DNA of 31,415 nucleotides from Pirellulaceae bacterium (GTDB lineage Bacteria; Planctomycetota; Planctomycetia; Pirellulales; Pirellulaceae): NCBI GenBank assembly GCA_016784735.1, contig JADHUC010000115.1, positions 1 to 31,415 of the forward strand, read 5' to 3'. Shown piece by piece: positions 6,010 to 15,075 of this stretch (position 1 is its first letter; each line of letters starts with the position of its first letter). The notes under the pieces were generated by a model. It saw only the letters and a program-made list of their open reading frames with translations, ran no database searches and was not told where the DNA came from. The position numbers and the translations under genes were made by a program.

Positions 6010-7119
6010 TTGCGTCTCCCCTTGAGCGCTGCCGGATCTCATTTCATCTGTGATCTTACTGCCGGAAGGTCTAGCAGATTGCGGGAACTTCATGCATCTC
6101 TATCGAAGCGTTTACAGCTCACATTGGTCGTTGGGCTGGTGGGATTGATCGCTGCCGTCGGGTGTGGAAGACCGGGCGAGTCCGACGGTGACAAGGTCGT
6201 GTTGAAAGTGGGCCAGGTGTTGCCCGCGGATCATCCGACCAGCCGGGCCATGAGCTTTTTCAAGGGGCGTCTTGAAGAGCTATCCGTTGGTCGAATCGAC
6301 GTTCGTTTGTTTCTCAGCGGCCAGATCGGATCGGCTAACGAATTGATCATGGAGTGCCGGCTGGGCAACGTCGAAGCCGCAGTCGTCTCCACCGCTCCGT
6401 TGGCGCAGCACGTCGAGATCTTGAACGTTCTGGTAATGCCCTTCGTATTCCGCGACAACGCGCATCAATACGCAGTCGTGGATGGGCCGATCGGCCGGAA
6501 GTTGGACCGTCACCTCGCAGAACGCGGCATCATTGCCGCCGCCTACTTCGATTCGGGTTCCCGTAACATCATGACGAAGACCGGCCCCATCGAGGCGCCG
6601 GATCAGCTCGAGGGGCTCAAGATTCGCGTCATGAGTTCGAATGTTCTTCGCGCCGCGATCGACCAACTCGGAGGCTCGGCGCAGCCCATGAGCCAGGCCG
6701 AGGTCTACAGCGCGCTGCAGACCGGCGTGATCGACGGCTGGGAGAACAACCCGGCGACTTGCCTTGTGTTTTCAATGTACGAAACCGGCTGTACGCACTT
6801 TGCTTGGACACGCCATGTGGCCATCCCCGACGCGCTGATTCTCAGCCGCGATTGGTACGACAGCCTCGACGAAGACCTTAAGCGAGCCGTTGATCAAGCT
6901 GCCGACGAGACTCGGCAGAAACAGCGGGAGCTTTGGCGGGAATACGAGGGTCAAGCCATCGAGCAGCTAAAGAAGGCCGGCATGGTCTTCAACGAAGTCG
7001 ACCACGAGGCCTTCGCCGAGAAATTCGAAGGTTTCTACGACCGTTACACCGCCCAGTACGGGCCGGAGTTCGGATCGCTGGTAGAGCAAATCCGCGATCT
7101 TGATAACTCGCCCCGATAG
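6010..7119 (+). CDS. dctP: TRAP transporter substrate-binding protein (DctP family), probable lipoprotein
   Basis: DctP-family sequence along the whole length (VLKVGQVLPADHPTSRAMSFFKGRLEELSVGRIDVRLF..., GLKIRVMSSNV..., EVYSALQTGVIDGWENNP). Lipobox-like LIAAVGCG. The start is uncertain: TTG 6010, or TTG 6079 preceded by GGAAGG. Substrate unknown. Confidence 0.88.
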   Translation: MRLPLSAAGSHFICDLTAGRSSRLRELHASLSKRLQLTLVVGLVGLIAAVGCGRPGESDGDKVVLKVGQVLPADHPTSRAMSFFKGRLEELSVGRIDVRLFLSGQIGSANELIMECRLGNVEAAVVSTAPLAQHVEILNVLVMPFVFRDNAHQYAVVDGPIGRKLDRHLAERGIIAAAYFDSGSRNIMTKTGPIEAPDQLEGLKIRVMSSNVLRAAIDQLGGSAQPMSQAEVYSALQTGVIDGWENNPATCLVFSMYETGCTHFAWTRHVAIPDALILSRDWYDSLDEDLKRAVDQAADETRQKQRELWREYEGQAIEQLKKAGMVFNEVDHEAFAEKFEGFYDRYTAQYGPEFGSLVEQIRDLDNSPR

Positions 7120-7157
7120 GAAGTTGTGAAGGTGAAGAAGCTTGGAAACCGGCGCGT

Positions 7158-7342
7158 GTGCCACTGTTTTCGATTGGAAGACGCTGTCCATTTGGCAGCG
7201 TCTACCACAATCGAAAGCAGTGCCGTTCAGCGTCGATCCGCGGGTACCGTGCCCTCCAGATGGATACTGCATCGGCGGCACTGCTTTGAACTGTGGTGCG
7301 TCCAACAGCATGGAAAGCCGAACCAGTTCAAAGCAGTGGCAC
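7158..7342 (+). repeat. two tandem ~65-nt imperfect hairpins with homologous stems in the dctP-dctQ spacer
   Basis: Hairpin 1 (7158-7224): ccactgttttcgattgg / ccacaatcgaaagcagtg around an inner stem agacgctg/cagcgtct. Hairpin 2 (7277-7342): a 15-bp perfect stem cactgctttgaactg/cagttcaaagcagtg. All four arms share CACTGYTTTSRAWYTG. The single T:G position in hairpin 1 is a G.U pair only in the + strand transcript. Confidence 0.75.
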
Positions 7343-7479
7343 ACTTCGGACAACCGATGGCATGGAACAAGCCCCGGGCGAAGTCCAGATGAGTTCATCC
7401 AATAGGATTTTGTTATCCTGCGATGACTGAATGTGCTCCAGTGACTGGGTGGCGGTGATCTCGACAACGAGGAGGTACG

Positions 7480-7974
7480 ATGAATCGCGTCTACAAGGAC
7501 ATGGAAGAGATCATTGGGGCAGTGCTTCTGGTTGCCATGTGTCTGGTCGCGGTGGCCAAAGTCGCCAGCCGGTACGTACTCGCATCGCCTTTCTCCTGGA
7601 GCGAGGAACTGGCGACGATTCTGTTTTCGTGGGTCGTGTTTGTCGGAGCGTCGTTGGCGCTGAAGAAGAACGAGCACTTCTCGATGGACGTACTGGTCGA
7701 TTTGTTGCCCAGTGCCCCCAAGAGACTGATTCAAACGATCGGCCTGGGACTCGTCGCGGTCTTTTGCCTGTTGATCGTCTGCTACGGAGTCAGGCTGGCC
7801 GTGCTGAATTGGCAGGTGAAGACGGCCGTCCTGGAGATCTCTCGCGCATGGTTGTATTTGGCCGTTCCCTTTGGCGGTGCGCTGATGCTACTTCGCACCA
7901 TCGAAATGTTTGTCCGATTGTGGCGATCAGATGATGGCGCGCTCGCCTGTCAGGATGGGAAGGGAGCGGAATGA
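7480..7974 (+). CDS. dctQ: TRAP transporter small permease (DctQ family)
   Basis: 164 aa with 4 hydrophobic helices. FSWSEELATILFSWVVFVGASLALKKNEHFSMDVL is typical of DctQ. Strong SD GAGGAGG 5-11 nt upstream. Stop overlaps the dctM start (ATGA at 7971-7974). Confidence 0.88.
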   Translation: MNRVYKDMEEIIGAVLLVAMCLVAVAKVASRYVLASPFSWSEELATILFSWVVFVGASLALKKNEHFSMDVLVDLLPSAPKRLIQTIGLGLVAVFCLLIVCYGVRLAVLNWQVKTAVLEISRAWLYLAVPFGGALMLLRTIEMFVRLWRSDDGALACQDGKGAE

Positions 7975-9269
7975 GCGGCTTGATCCAAGTGCTGGTCGCG
8001 TGCTTCGTCGTGCTGCTGATGATCGGCGTGCCGATTTCGATTGCACTGGTGCTGGCTGCTGCCGCAGCCATGGCCTTCGCCGCAGCCGGCGGGCTCGATC
8101 TGACTCAGATACCGCTGCAATTGTACGAATCGACGAGCAGCTTTCCTCTGTTGGCCGTCCCCTTCTTTGTGCTCGCCGGCAGCATCATGAGTCGTGGTGG
8201 CATGTCCGACCGATTGATCGACTTGGCGCGATCCTTCGTGGGCCGCATTCCCGGCGGCGTGGCGATGGTCAGTGTTGTGGCCTGCATGTTCTTTGCCGCC
8301 GTGTCCGGGTCCACGGCTGCCACGACGGCTGCCATCGGCATCGTGTTGATTCCGGCCATGATTGAAAGTGGCTTTTCGCGCGGAGCTGCCACGGGGCTTC
8401 AGGCCACGGCTGGCTCGATCGGCATCATCATCCCGCCTAGCATTCCGTTCGTTCTGCTCGGCGTGATCGGTTCGATATCCATCGGTAAGCTGTTCCTTGG
8501 CGGCGTTCTGCCTGGCATTGCCATTGGCGCTGCTCTGATGGCCGTATCTTTCGCAATCGCGCGGGTACAAAAACACCCGCCTTCGTCATCTCGCACCAGT
8601 TTGGCCAACATCCTGCGCGCCGCGGGACGTTCGATCCTGCCGCTGTTGACCGTCGTATTTGTCATCGGCGGGATCATGCTCGGGATGGTCACACCCACCG
8701 AAGCAGCGATCGTCGCCGTCGTCTGGTCCCTGATCGTTAGCGTATTGATTTACCGCGAACTGACGGCCAAAGACTTCTACGAATCGCTGGTGGACACGGT
8801 CAAGGTCACGGGCATTGTGGTCCTATGCATCGGAGCCACCGCGCCGTTCGCATGGCTGCTGACCGTCGAGCAGGTGCCGCAGAACATCGCCGATTCGATG
8901 ACGGCCATGACCGCGAACCCTGCCTTGCTGACCCTGATGATGCTGGCGATCCTGTTGGCCATCGGCACATTCATCGACCTGACTCCGGCCATGATCCTGC
9001 TGGTGCCGATCCTGATGCCGATTGCCAAGGGCATCGGCATGGATCCCGTTCATTTCGGCGTGATGCTCATCTTGGCCTTGGGCATCGGCCAAAGCACACC
9101 GCCCGTGGGTATATCCCTGTTCGTCGCGTGCAGCGTAGGCAAAGCCAAGATGAGCCAAGTGGCCTTGCCTCTGCTGCCGTTCCTGGCTGCCATGATCGTC
9201 GTGCTGATCGCCGTGGCCTTCTGGCCGCCACTGACTACATGGCTACCGAACTTGCTGATGTGTCTTTAA
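7971..9269 (+). CDS. dctM: TRAP transporter large permease (DctM family)
   Basis: 432-aa polytopic membrane protein. DctM motifs include PFFVLAGSIMSRGGMSDRLIDLA, AAVSGSTAATTAAIG, GIIIPPSIPFVL and LGIGQSTPPVG. Confidence 0.92.
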   Translation: MSGLIQVLVACFVVLLMIGVPISIALVLAAAAAMAFAAAGGLDLTQIPLQLYESTSSFPLLAVPFFVLAGSIMSRGGMSDRLIDLARSFVGRIPGGVAMVSVVACMFFAAVSGSTAATTAAIGIVLIPAMIESGFSRGAATGLQATAGSIGIIIPPSIPFVLLGVIGSISIGKLFLGGVLPGIAIGAALMAVSFAIARVQKHPPSSSRTSLANILRAAGRSILPLLTVVFVIGGIMLGMVTPTEAAIVAVVWSLIVSVLIYRELTAKDFYESLVDTVKVTGIVVLCIGATAPFAWLLTVEQVPQNIADSMTAMTANPALLTLMMLAILLAIGTFIDLTPAMILLVPILMPIAKGIGMDPVHFGVMLILALGIGQSTPPVGISLFVACSVGKAKMSQVALPLLPFLAAMIVVLIAVAFWPPLTTWLPNLLMCL

Positions 9270-11297
9270 CCACTGGTCAAGCCAGCCAATCACGGTGTCG
9301 TGCCAGAGGATCGAGTTGTGGGGCTTCAGGACCCAGTGATTCTCGTCCGGGAAGTATAGCAGCCGGCTGGGGATGCCCAGCCGCTGCAATACGTTGAAGG
9401 TGCCGATTCCCTGCGTATCGACCACTCGGTAGTCGTGCGCCCCGTGAATGACCAGCATCGGCGTTTTCCAGTTCTTGACGAAATTCACCGGATTGTGTTT
9501 CTCGTAACCCTCGGGGTTGTCCCATGGGGTACCCATGTGATCCCATTCGGGAAACCAGAGTTCTTCTGTGTCATAATAGGCCATCCGTTCGTCCAGGTTG
9601 CCGTCGTGATTGACCATACACCGGAAACGGTTGGGCCAGTTGCCGGCGATCCAATTGATCATGTAACCGCCGAACGACGCGCCGAGCGCGCCGACTCGCT
9701 TGCCATCCAGCCACGGATAACGCTCCAAAGCCGCCTTCAGGCCGAGCTTCAAGTCCTCGAACGGCTTGCCTCCCCAGTCGCCGCGGATCGAGTCCGTGAA
9801 CGCTTGGCCGTACCCGACGGACCCGTGGAAATCGACCATCACGGCGGCGTATCCGGCTCCCGCATAAGCCTGCGGGTTCCAGCGGTAGTGGAACGTGTTG
9901 CCAAAGGAGCCTTGAGGCCCGCCATGGATCAGAAACGCCACGGGGTATCGCCTTGTTGGATCGAAGTCCACCGGTTTGACCACATACCCGTACACCGTCT
10001 CGTCGTTCCATCCTTTGAACGAGAACTGCTCGCAATCCCCCATTCGCGCCGCAGCGACCCTTTCGTCATTGATCCGCGTGACGCGGCGTCGGTCGGTACC
10101 GTCGGGACGAATCGACGAGAGCTCGACGGGCGATTTCAGATTGTCCAAGCCGTAGATGATCCGATCGCCACAAATGGCTGGCGATCGGACGTAGCCGTTT
10201 CGGACGACTTCACGCACCGCGCCGGAAGTCGCGTTGATCGCGAACAACGAACGCTGTCCGAAATTCGAAGCAGTCGCATAGATCTCACTGCCGTCGGCCG
10301 ACCAACAAAGGGACGACGGCGAACGGTCCCAATCCTCGGTCAGGACTCGTTCATCTCCTCCCGGCGCTCGCAAGATGATCCGGCGTCGATCCGATTCGTA
10401 ACCAGGCTTCGCCATCGCCAAGTATGCCATTGTCTTTCCGTCGGGCGAAAAGAGGGGGCAGCAGTCCCATGCTTCGTTCTTCTTGGTCAAGCAGACTGGC
10501 GGCGCGGCCCCGTCGATGGGCACGCGATACAAGTCGAAATCCGTCGACCAGGGCTCTTTCGGACCCACGTCACGTGCCGTGAAGATTAGCTCTTTTCCAT
10601 CCGGCGTGAACGTGAGTTCATCCGATCCGCCGAACGGCTTTGACGGCGTATCGGCATCCATGCCTTGCATGACGTCGACGGGATCGCCTGCGCCCGTTGA
10701 CGGCAACACGAACAGATGTGAACGGCGACCGTCCTTCCAAGTATCCCAATGACGGACGAAAACGCCGTCGTAGATCCGACCGCTGCTCTTTCGCTTCACT
10801 TCTTCATCAAGTCGCTGTCTAGTCTGCTCCACTGAAGCGCAGTCGGGGAACACCTCCATCGTAAATGCGATGTGTTTGCCGTCAGGCGAGATGATCAGGT
10901 TACTCACATCAAGTGGCATGTTGGTCACCTGTTGCGCTTCACCACCATCGACGCGAATTCGCCAAACCTGCGACGAGCCGGAACGGCTGGACAGAAACAA
11001 GACGCCATCGCCGTCCGGCGTCCAGCACGGACTATGGTCGCTTGAAGGATGGGACGTCAGACGCCGAAGTTCGGTCCCATCTGCCCCGACCAACCACAGA
11101 TCCGTTTTTCCCTTGTTCTCATCGAGGTCCGTTTCTCGAACAGTGAATACGACAAGGCTTCCGTCCGGAGACACTCGATGCTCGGAAATCCGGTCCATAC
11201 CCAGCATGTCGTGAATCGAAAACGGATGAGACGATTCTGCATCGGCAGACCGGACACAGACTATCCCGGACAATATGATCAACAGAGAAAACCGCAT
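9243..11297 (-). CDS. S9 family serine peptidase (prolyl oligopeptidase/acylaminoacyl-peptidase type), secreted
   Basis: Signal peptide MRFSLLIILSGIVCVRSADA. N-terminal TolB/beta-propeller-like repeats (SPDG... x several). C-terminal alpha/beta hydrolase with nucleophile elbow GASFGGYM, plus VIHGAHDYRV and DENHW (Asp/His). Confidence 0.9.
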   Translation of the reverse strand: MRFSLLIILSGIVCVRSADAESSHPFSIHDMLGMDRISEHRVSPDGSLVVFTVRETDLDENKGKTDLWLVGADGTELRRLTSHPSSDHSPCWTPDGDGVLFLSSRSGSSQVWRIRVDGGEAQQVTNMPLDVSNLIISPDGKHIAFTMEVFPDCASVEQTRQRLDEEVKRKSSGRIYDGVFVRHWDTWKDGRRSHLFVLPSTGAGDPVDVMQGMDADTPSKPFGGSDELTFTPDGKELIFTARDVGPKEPWSTDFDLYRVPIDGAAPPVCLTKKNEAWDCCPLFSPDGKTMAYLAMAKPGYESDRRRIILRAPGGDERVLTEDWDRSPSSLCWSADGSEIYATASNFGQRSLFAINATSGAVREVVRNGYVRSPAICGDRIIYGLDNLKSPVELSSIRPDGTDRRRVTRINDERVAAARMGDCEQFSFKGWNDETVYGYVVKPVDFDPTRRYPVAFLIHGGPQGSFGNTFHYRWNPQAYAGAGYAAVMVDFHGSVGYGQAFTDSIRGDWGGKPFEDLKLGLKAALERYPWLDGKRVGALGASFGGYMINWIAGNWPNRFRCMVNHDGNLDERMAYYDTEELWFPEWDHMGTPWDNPEGYEKHNPVNFVKNWKTPMLVIHGAHDYRVVDTQGIGTFNVLQRLGIPSRLLYFPDENHWVLKPHNSILWHDTVIGWLDQWLKTHQQVR

Positions 11298-11365
11298 GAT
11301 TTCTACTCCTTTGCCAGATTGCGAGTGTGTTCTTCTTGGGAGGTCAGCAACGGTTGTTCGGTTGT

Positions 11366-11414
11366 TGGAGTCCAGGCTTCAGCCTGTCCCCTGCAGCCTA
11401 AAGGCTGGACTCCA
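11366..11414. repeat. imperfect palindromic intergenic element (different family from 134-219)
   Basis: tggagtccaggcttcagcctg (11366-11386) and cagcctaaaggctggactcca (11394-11414). The outer 10 bp are perfectly complementary (tggagtccag/ctggactcca). Confidence 0.6.
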
Positions 11415-11555
11415 GCGGACGTCTCGTATCGGCGGCACTCGTCACGGGCCAAGGTAGCCCCAGGTCAAGGAAAATGAAGCGGAATACTCGACCACCGAGT
11501 TGATTCTCTAACGGGGCGTACCGTGAATCAAGTGCGGTAGCATGCATGCGGCGGC

Positions 11556-12290
11556 TCAGAGGCCGGGTGATGTTCGCTGCTCTCCGCCAAGATCCGAAGC
11601 TGGCCAGTCGGGATTCAGACGATCGGCCGTTTCAGCGTCTTTGCGAGCCTTTTCAGTTTCGCCCAGCAAACGGTACGCGTTCGATCGCAGTGCATACGCC
11701 ATGTAGTCGTCATGTGCCAGTCGGATCGCGGATGTGAAATCGTCGATTCCGTCCGCGAAACGTCCCAATTCGACGTAGCTTGCGCCGCGATTCAGGTAGA
11801 AATTCACTTCGTTGGGATCCAGGCGGATCGCGGCACCGTAATGCTCGACGGCTTCTTGGTACATTTCCATGCCGCTGTAGAGCTGTCCGAGGTCATTCCA
11901 TAGCTCGGCGTAATCGTAGTCAAGTTCGAGAGCCTTCTCGATGTCCGCAATGGCTTCCTTGTTTCGCCCCAACCGCTTGAAAACCTGCGCACGGTTGTTG
12001 AAAGCGATTGGGTCCTTGCCGTCGCTTTCGATGGCTCGATCCAGATCCCGGCGCGCTTCGTCCAAGTCACCTCGCAGCAGATGGGCGGTCCCACGGCCGC
12101 GAAGGGCCTTCGCATGATCAGGATGGGTGGAAAGAAACTGCGTGAAGGACTCGATGGCGTTGTCATAATCGCCGCCGTGGAACTCGGCCTCGGCGTCCGC
12201 GAACGTAACGATTTCGGTGGGCGCCGCCGAGTGCCTGCACGCGCTCAGCACCGAGGAGGCCATCAGACAAAGAAGGAATGAACGAGGCAT
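11556..12290 (-). CDS. TPR-repeat lipoprotein
   Basis: The internal ATG at 12290 gives MPRSFLLCLMASSVLSAC (signal peptide plus lipobox), followed by about 6 TPR units (AKALRGRGTAHLLRGDLDEARRDLDRAIESD..., AELWNDLGQLYSGMEMYQEAVEHYGAAIRLDP...). The ORF stays open upstream to 12917 (see next feature). Confidence 0.8.
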   Translation of the reverse strand: MPRSFLLCLMASSVLSACRHSAAPTEIVTFADAEAEFHGGDYDNAIESFTQFLSTHPDHAKALRGRGTAHLLRGDLDEARRDLDRAIESDGKDPIAFNNRAQVFKRLGRNKEAIADIEKALELDYDYAELWNDLGQLYSGMEMYQEAVEHYGAAIRLDPNEVNFYLNRGASYVELGRFADGIDDFTSAIRLAHDDYMAYALRSNAYRLLGETEKARKDAETADRLNPDWPASDLGGEQRTSPGL

Positions 12291-12391
12291 GTTACGGGGC
12301 CACAGCGTCCCAGGCATATGACAACCGAGACGATGAGCAGCAACCAAGAATTGCAGCACACAGACTAAATGGCCGCCCGCGATCCTGCGCG

Positions 12392-12917
12392 TTTCATTGA
12401 GCCGCCGCGTCCTTTTGGCCTTCTTCCAGGGACAGAGTGCGATCGGCTTCGGCCGTTTCAGTCTGACGTCGATTCGTGTCAACGTCCGGCTCATCGTCGT
12501 CGTACTGACCGTGGTGCCCATCTTGTCCGTCAGGACTTGGATGAACAACTTTTGCGTCCATGTCGGCCGATCGAAGCCGTAGTCTCGTGGGGACTGGGCC
12601 GCGGCCATCAACAGCAGTTCCTCATGGTCTTCCGTGATCTTGACGGTGCCGTTGTCTTCTCGACGATCGATCAACCCCGCCGGACCTTGTTCGACGAAAC
12701 GTCGAGCTACGCGAATAACGTTGCTGTACGAAATGGCCACATGATGGGCGATCGAGCTGGGCGAATTCCCTCTCACTAAATTCCAAATAATCTTCCATCG
12801 TTGACAGAACCTCGCGTCCGAATGATATTGAGCATTCGAACGAAGCTGTCGCTGAATCTTCCGCGACTGATTCTTCCACGCAGCCTGAACCTTCACCATC
12901 CAACCGGAACTTCTCAT
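12392..12917 (-). mobile_element. IS630-family transposase remnant (N-terminal HTH domains only, DDE domain missing)
   Basis: RWKIIWNLVRGNSPSSIAHHVAISYSNVIRVARRFVEQGPAGLIDRREDNG...PRDYGFDRPTWTQKLFIQVLTDKMGTTVSTTTMSRTLTRIDVRLKRPKP matches the two-HTH N-terminus of IS630/Tc1-like transposases. No DDE catalytic region follows. Instead the frame runs into the TPR gene. The 3' boundary is approximate. Confidence 0.65.
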
Positions 12918-13053
12918 TGGGGACTCCTTTCACAAGAGTGAGCGAGGGATCGCGAGTCCCCAGTTTTCCTATATGGCGCAGAATCGCGCAAGGCCATTTA
13001 GCCGTGGACGTTGACCATGTCCAGAGCAGCCACGAGTCGGAGGTAATGAACTC

Positions 13054-14202
13054 ATGCCAGCCCAACTCATCTTGATGTTGCTCACTCTCGCGCCACTGGC
13101 CGGTGAGAACGGTGACACCAAGAAGGAAGTATCGCGCACGGAGTTTGCTGCAGCCATGTCCAGGATCAAGGTGGGGGCGAGCAGCGATGACGTCTTGGCG
13201 ATCTTGGGGCGACCGGATTCGATCCGCCACGGCAAGGTCGTTCTGACGTCTTTCGATGGACCAGATATCGTGCGGGCAAGTGATGTTGACACGACGGGTG
13301 AGTATTCCGATGTCTGCGAGATCTGGTACTACGGCGCGGAGGGCTCGAACGGGTTTCCGACGTTGGGTCGCGTCTACTACGGGACCGAGTTGACGGAGGA
13401 TGTTCAGGCGGCGACGGTGTGTCACGTTTACGGGAGCGGCAAGCCCTCGCCGGAGCTGGCAAGGATCAAGGAAAGGGACTTGAGGCGGCTGATCGTTATG
13501 CTGAGCGGCCGATTCGAGTGCGCTGCGAGCCGCTATGACCCTGGGCACCTCATTGCGGCCGTAAACGCCCTTCAACCGTTGGGAAAGGACTTGGCTCTGG
13601 CGGTCATTGAAGAGTATCTGCGAGTATGTCCCGAGACTCACGCATCGGGGACTGAGAGAATAAGGCTTTTGCTGCGAGTCCTTTTCCAGGTGCCATCAGA
13701 CACGGGACACATGCCTGACATCAGGCTCGGGACGGACCCGCCTCCGCCGCACAAACCCGAGTTGATCCCGCGATTCCCTATCCACGTCGTTCGCGACATT
13801 CCTCTGCTGGTCGTTTGGGGCTACGTCTGCGAAGGGCTACCGCCGTGGGTGGGGCCCGACTTGGAGTACTTCCGCAAAAAGGGTGTCCTGCGCACGAATA
13901 GACTTGCCCCATCGAATCGACCCTTGTGCGCGCTGGAACAGCTCGAACGATCGGCTGCCTGGATGTACACGCGAAGAACCGCGAGGGATCGCATGGGGAT
14001 CATTTGCCAACTGCTGGCTCTTGTAGATCCGGTTTGGCCTCTTGCCGATCAGAAGTCGAGGGCAGCCTTGTCGGACAAACTGTCTTCCCGCGAACAGTGG
14101 AATCAGTTTGTCGCGAAGTTCGAGCGCCTGGAGATCCACTGGGATCCTGAACGACAAAAATACCAGTTGACGAAACGCCGCGAGCGCGACGGTATCCCCT
14201 AG
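13054..14202 (+). CDS. hypothetical secreted protein
   Basis: ATG 13054 with GGAGG 9 nt upstream. N-terminal signal MPAQLILMLLTLAPLAG. A BamE/SmpA-like motif IKVGASSDDVLAILGRPDS near the N-terminus. No other recognisable domain. The antisense ORF 12622-13641 is Arg-rich and rejected. Confidence 0.7.
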   Translation: MPAQLILMLLTLAPLAGENGDTKKEVSRTEFAAAMSRIKVGASSDDVLAILGRPDSIRHGKVVLTSFDGPDIVRASDVDTTGEYSDVCEIWYYGAEGSNGFPTLGRVYYGTELTEDVQAATVCHVYGSGKPSPELARIKERDLRRLIVMLSGRFECAASRYDPGHLIAAVNALQPLGKDLALAVIEEYLRVCPETHASGTERIRLLLRVLFQVPSDTGHMPDIRLGTDPPPPHKPELIPRFPIHVVRDIPLLVVWGYVCEGLPPWVGPDLEYFRKKGVLRTNRLAPSNRPLCALEQLERSAAWMYTRRTARDRMGIICQLLALVDPVWPLADQKSRAALSDKLSSREQWNQFVAKFERLEIHWDPERQKYQLTKRRERDGIP

Positions 14203-14319
14203 GGCCGAGTTTTGACACTCCTACCGGGACACTTTGATGTAGTGCAGACCACAGCCAGGATGGTAAACTGAAAGCATCCGCTTTCAATCTCAGTGGCGGA
14301 TCGGAAGGACTGTTATGCT

Positions 14320-14931
14320 ATGAAATGGCCACAGTTTTCGCTGCGTGCGCTACTCACAGCCATGGGCCTTTTCGGCTTGGGTCTCGTTGTTCTCATCAAT
14401 GCTTCAGACCTGTGGGCGAGCGCCGTGTTCACGGTCACGCTTTGCGTCCTGTTCATTGGCGTTATCGGAAGCATCTTGAGAAGCGGGCCTGCGCGTGCGC
14501 ATTGGATTGGATTCACTGTTTTCGGTTGGGGCTATCTTTGGATAGCTCATTGGCCGACTAACGATCAGTTCATTCCGGGCAACATCCTTCCACGTTGGAG
14601 ACTTCAAACACACTCCGGTGCGCTATTGACAACGCGCGTGCTGGAATACGGGTATGAGAACCTGCTTCCGTTGATTCGAGAACGTCCATCTATTGCACCA
14701 ACATATCATGAACCTGGTTCCGGTCCTATGTCACGATACTTCGACTTCGGGGGCGGGTATGCGGAGGCGAGATCGTCACAAGTTGATGAATCGAGCGGGT
14801 CGTATCCGTATATCTACAATTTCATGCGCGTCGGCCATTCTCTCTGGGCTATGCTTTTTGCCTTGGTTGGCGCTTGGATCGGCGGCCGTTTCCATCGGAC
14901 GACATCAAAAGCTGACGCCAAATCGGGATAG
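14320..14931 (+). CDS. hypothetical membrane protein (Planctomycete-type N-terminal 'FSLRALL' anchor)
   Basis: ATG 14320 (the ORF is open from GTG 14293). MKWPQFSLRALLTAMGLFGLGLVVL, then 3-4 hydrophobic helices including the C-terminal SLWAMLFALVGAWIGG. Confidence 0.65.
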   Translation: MKWPQFSLRALLTAMGLFGLGLVVLINASDLWASAVFTVTLCVLFIGVIGSILRSGPARAHWIGFTVFGWGYLWIAHWPTNDQFIPGNILPRWRLQTHSGALLTTRVLEYGYENLLPLIRERPSIAPTYHEPGSGPMSRYFDFGGGYAEARSSQVDESSGSYPYIYNFMRVGHSLWAMLFALVGAWIGGRFHRTTSKADAKSG

Positions 14932-15075
14932 GAACCAGCCTTTCGGCCAGCCACGCACCTCACCCGTCGACAGAACGGCTGGCGACAGGCAAGAGCTTTA
15001 CGTCGACGGCACGCGGTACACATGTATTTCGCAGGGGCAACCCGCCACTGCTGATCTGAAATTGGAGGACGACGC

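Noticed and set aside
7126-7405. Two ~88-aa ORFs in the dctP-dctQ spacer as possible small proteins.
   Set aside because: They are made of the hairpin arms (mirror-image peptides) and lack an SD or start context. The RNA/repeat interpretation explains the sequence better.
9243-9269. A 27-nt convergent overlap between the 3' ends of dctM (+) and the S9 peptidase gene (-).
   Set aside because: Short convergent overlaps are common in compact genomes. No hairpin or special motif is seen in the overlap.
9435-10589. Long antisense ORFs: 9435-10589, 26350-27606, 28039-28713, 12622-13641, 5299-5943, 6967-7734, 7950-8576, 17980-18742, 14998-15555 and 15483-16088.
   Set aside because: Each lies opposite a gene with clear domain homology or signal peptides. 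Each is Arg/Pro/Gly-rich with no motifs. These are typical shadow ORFs of high-GC DNA.
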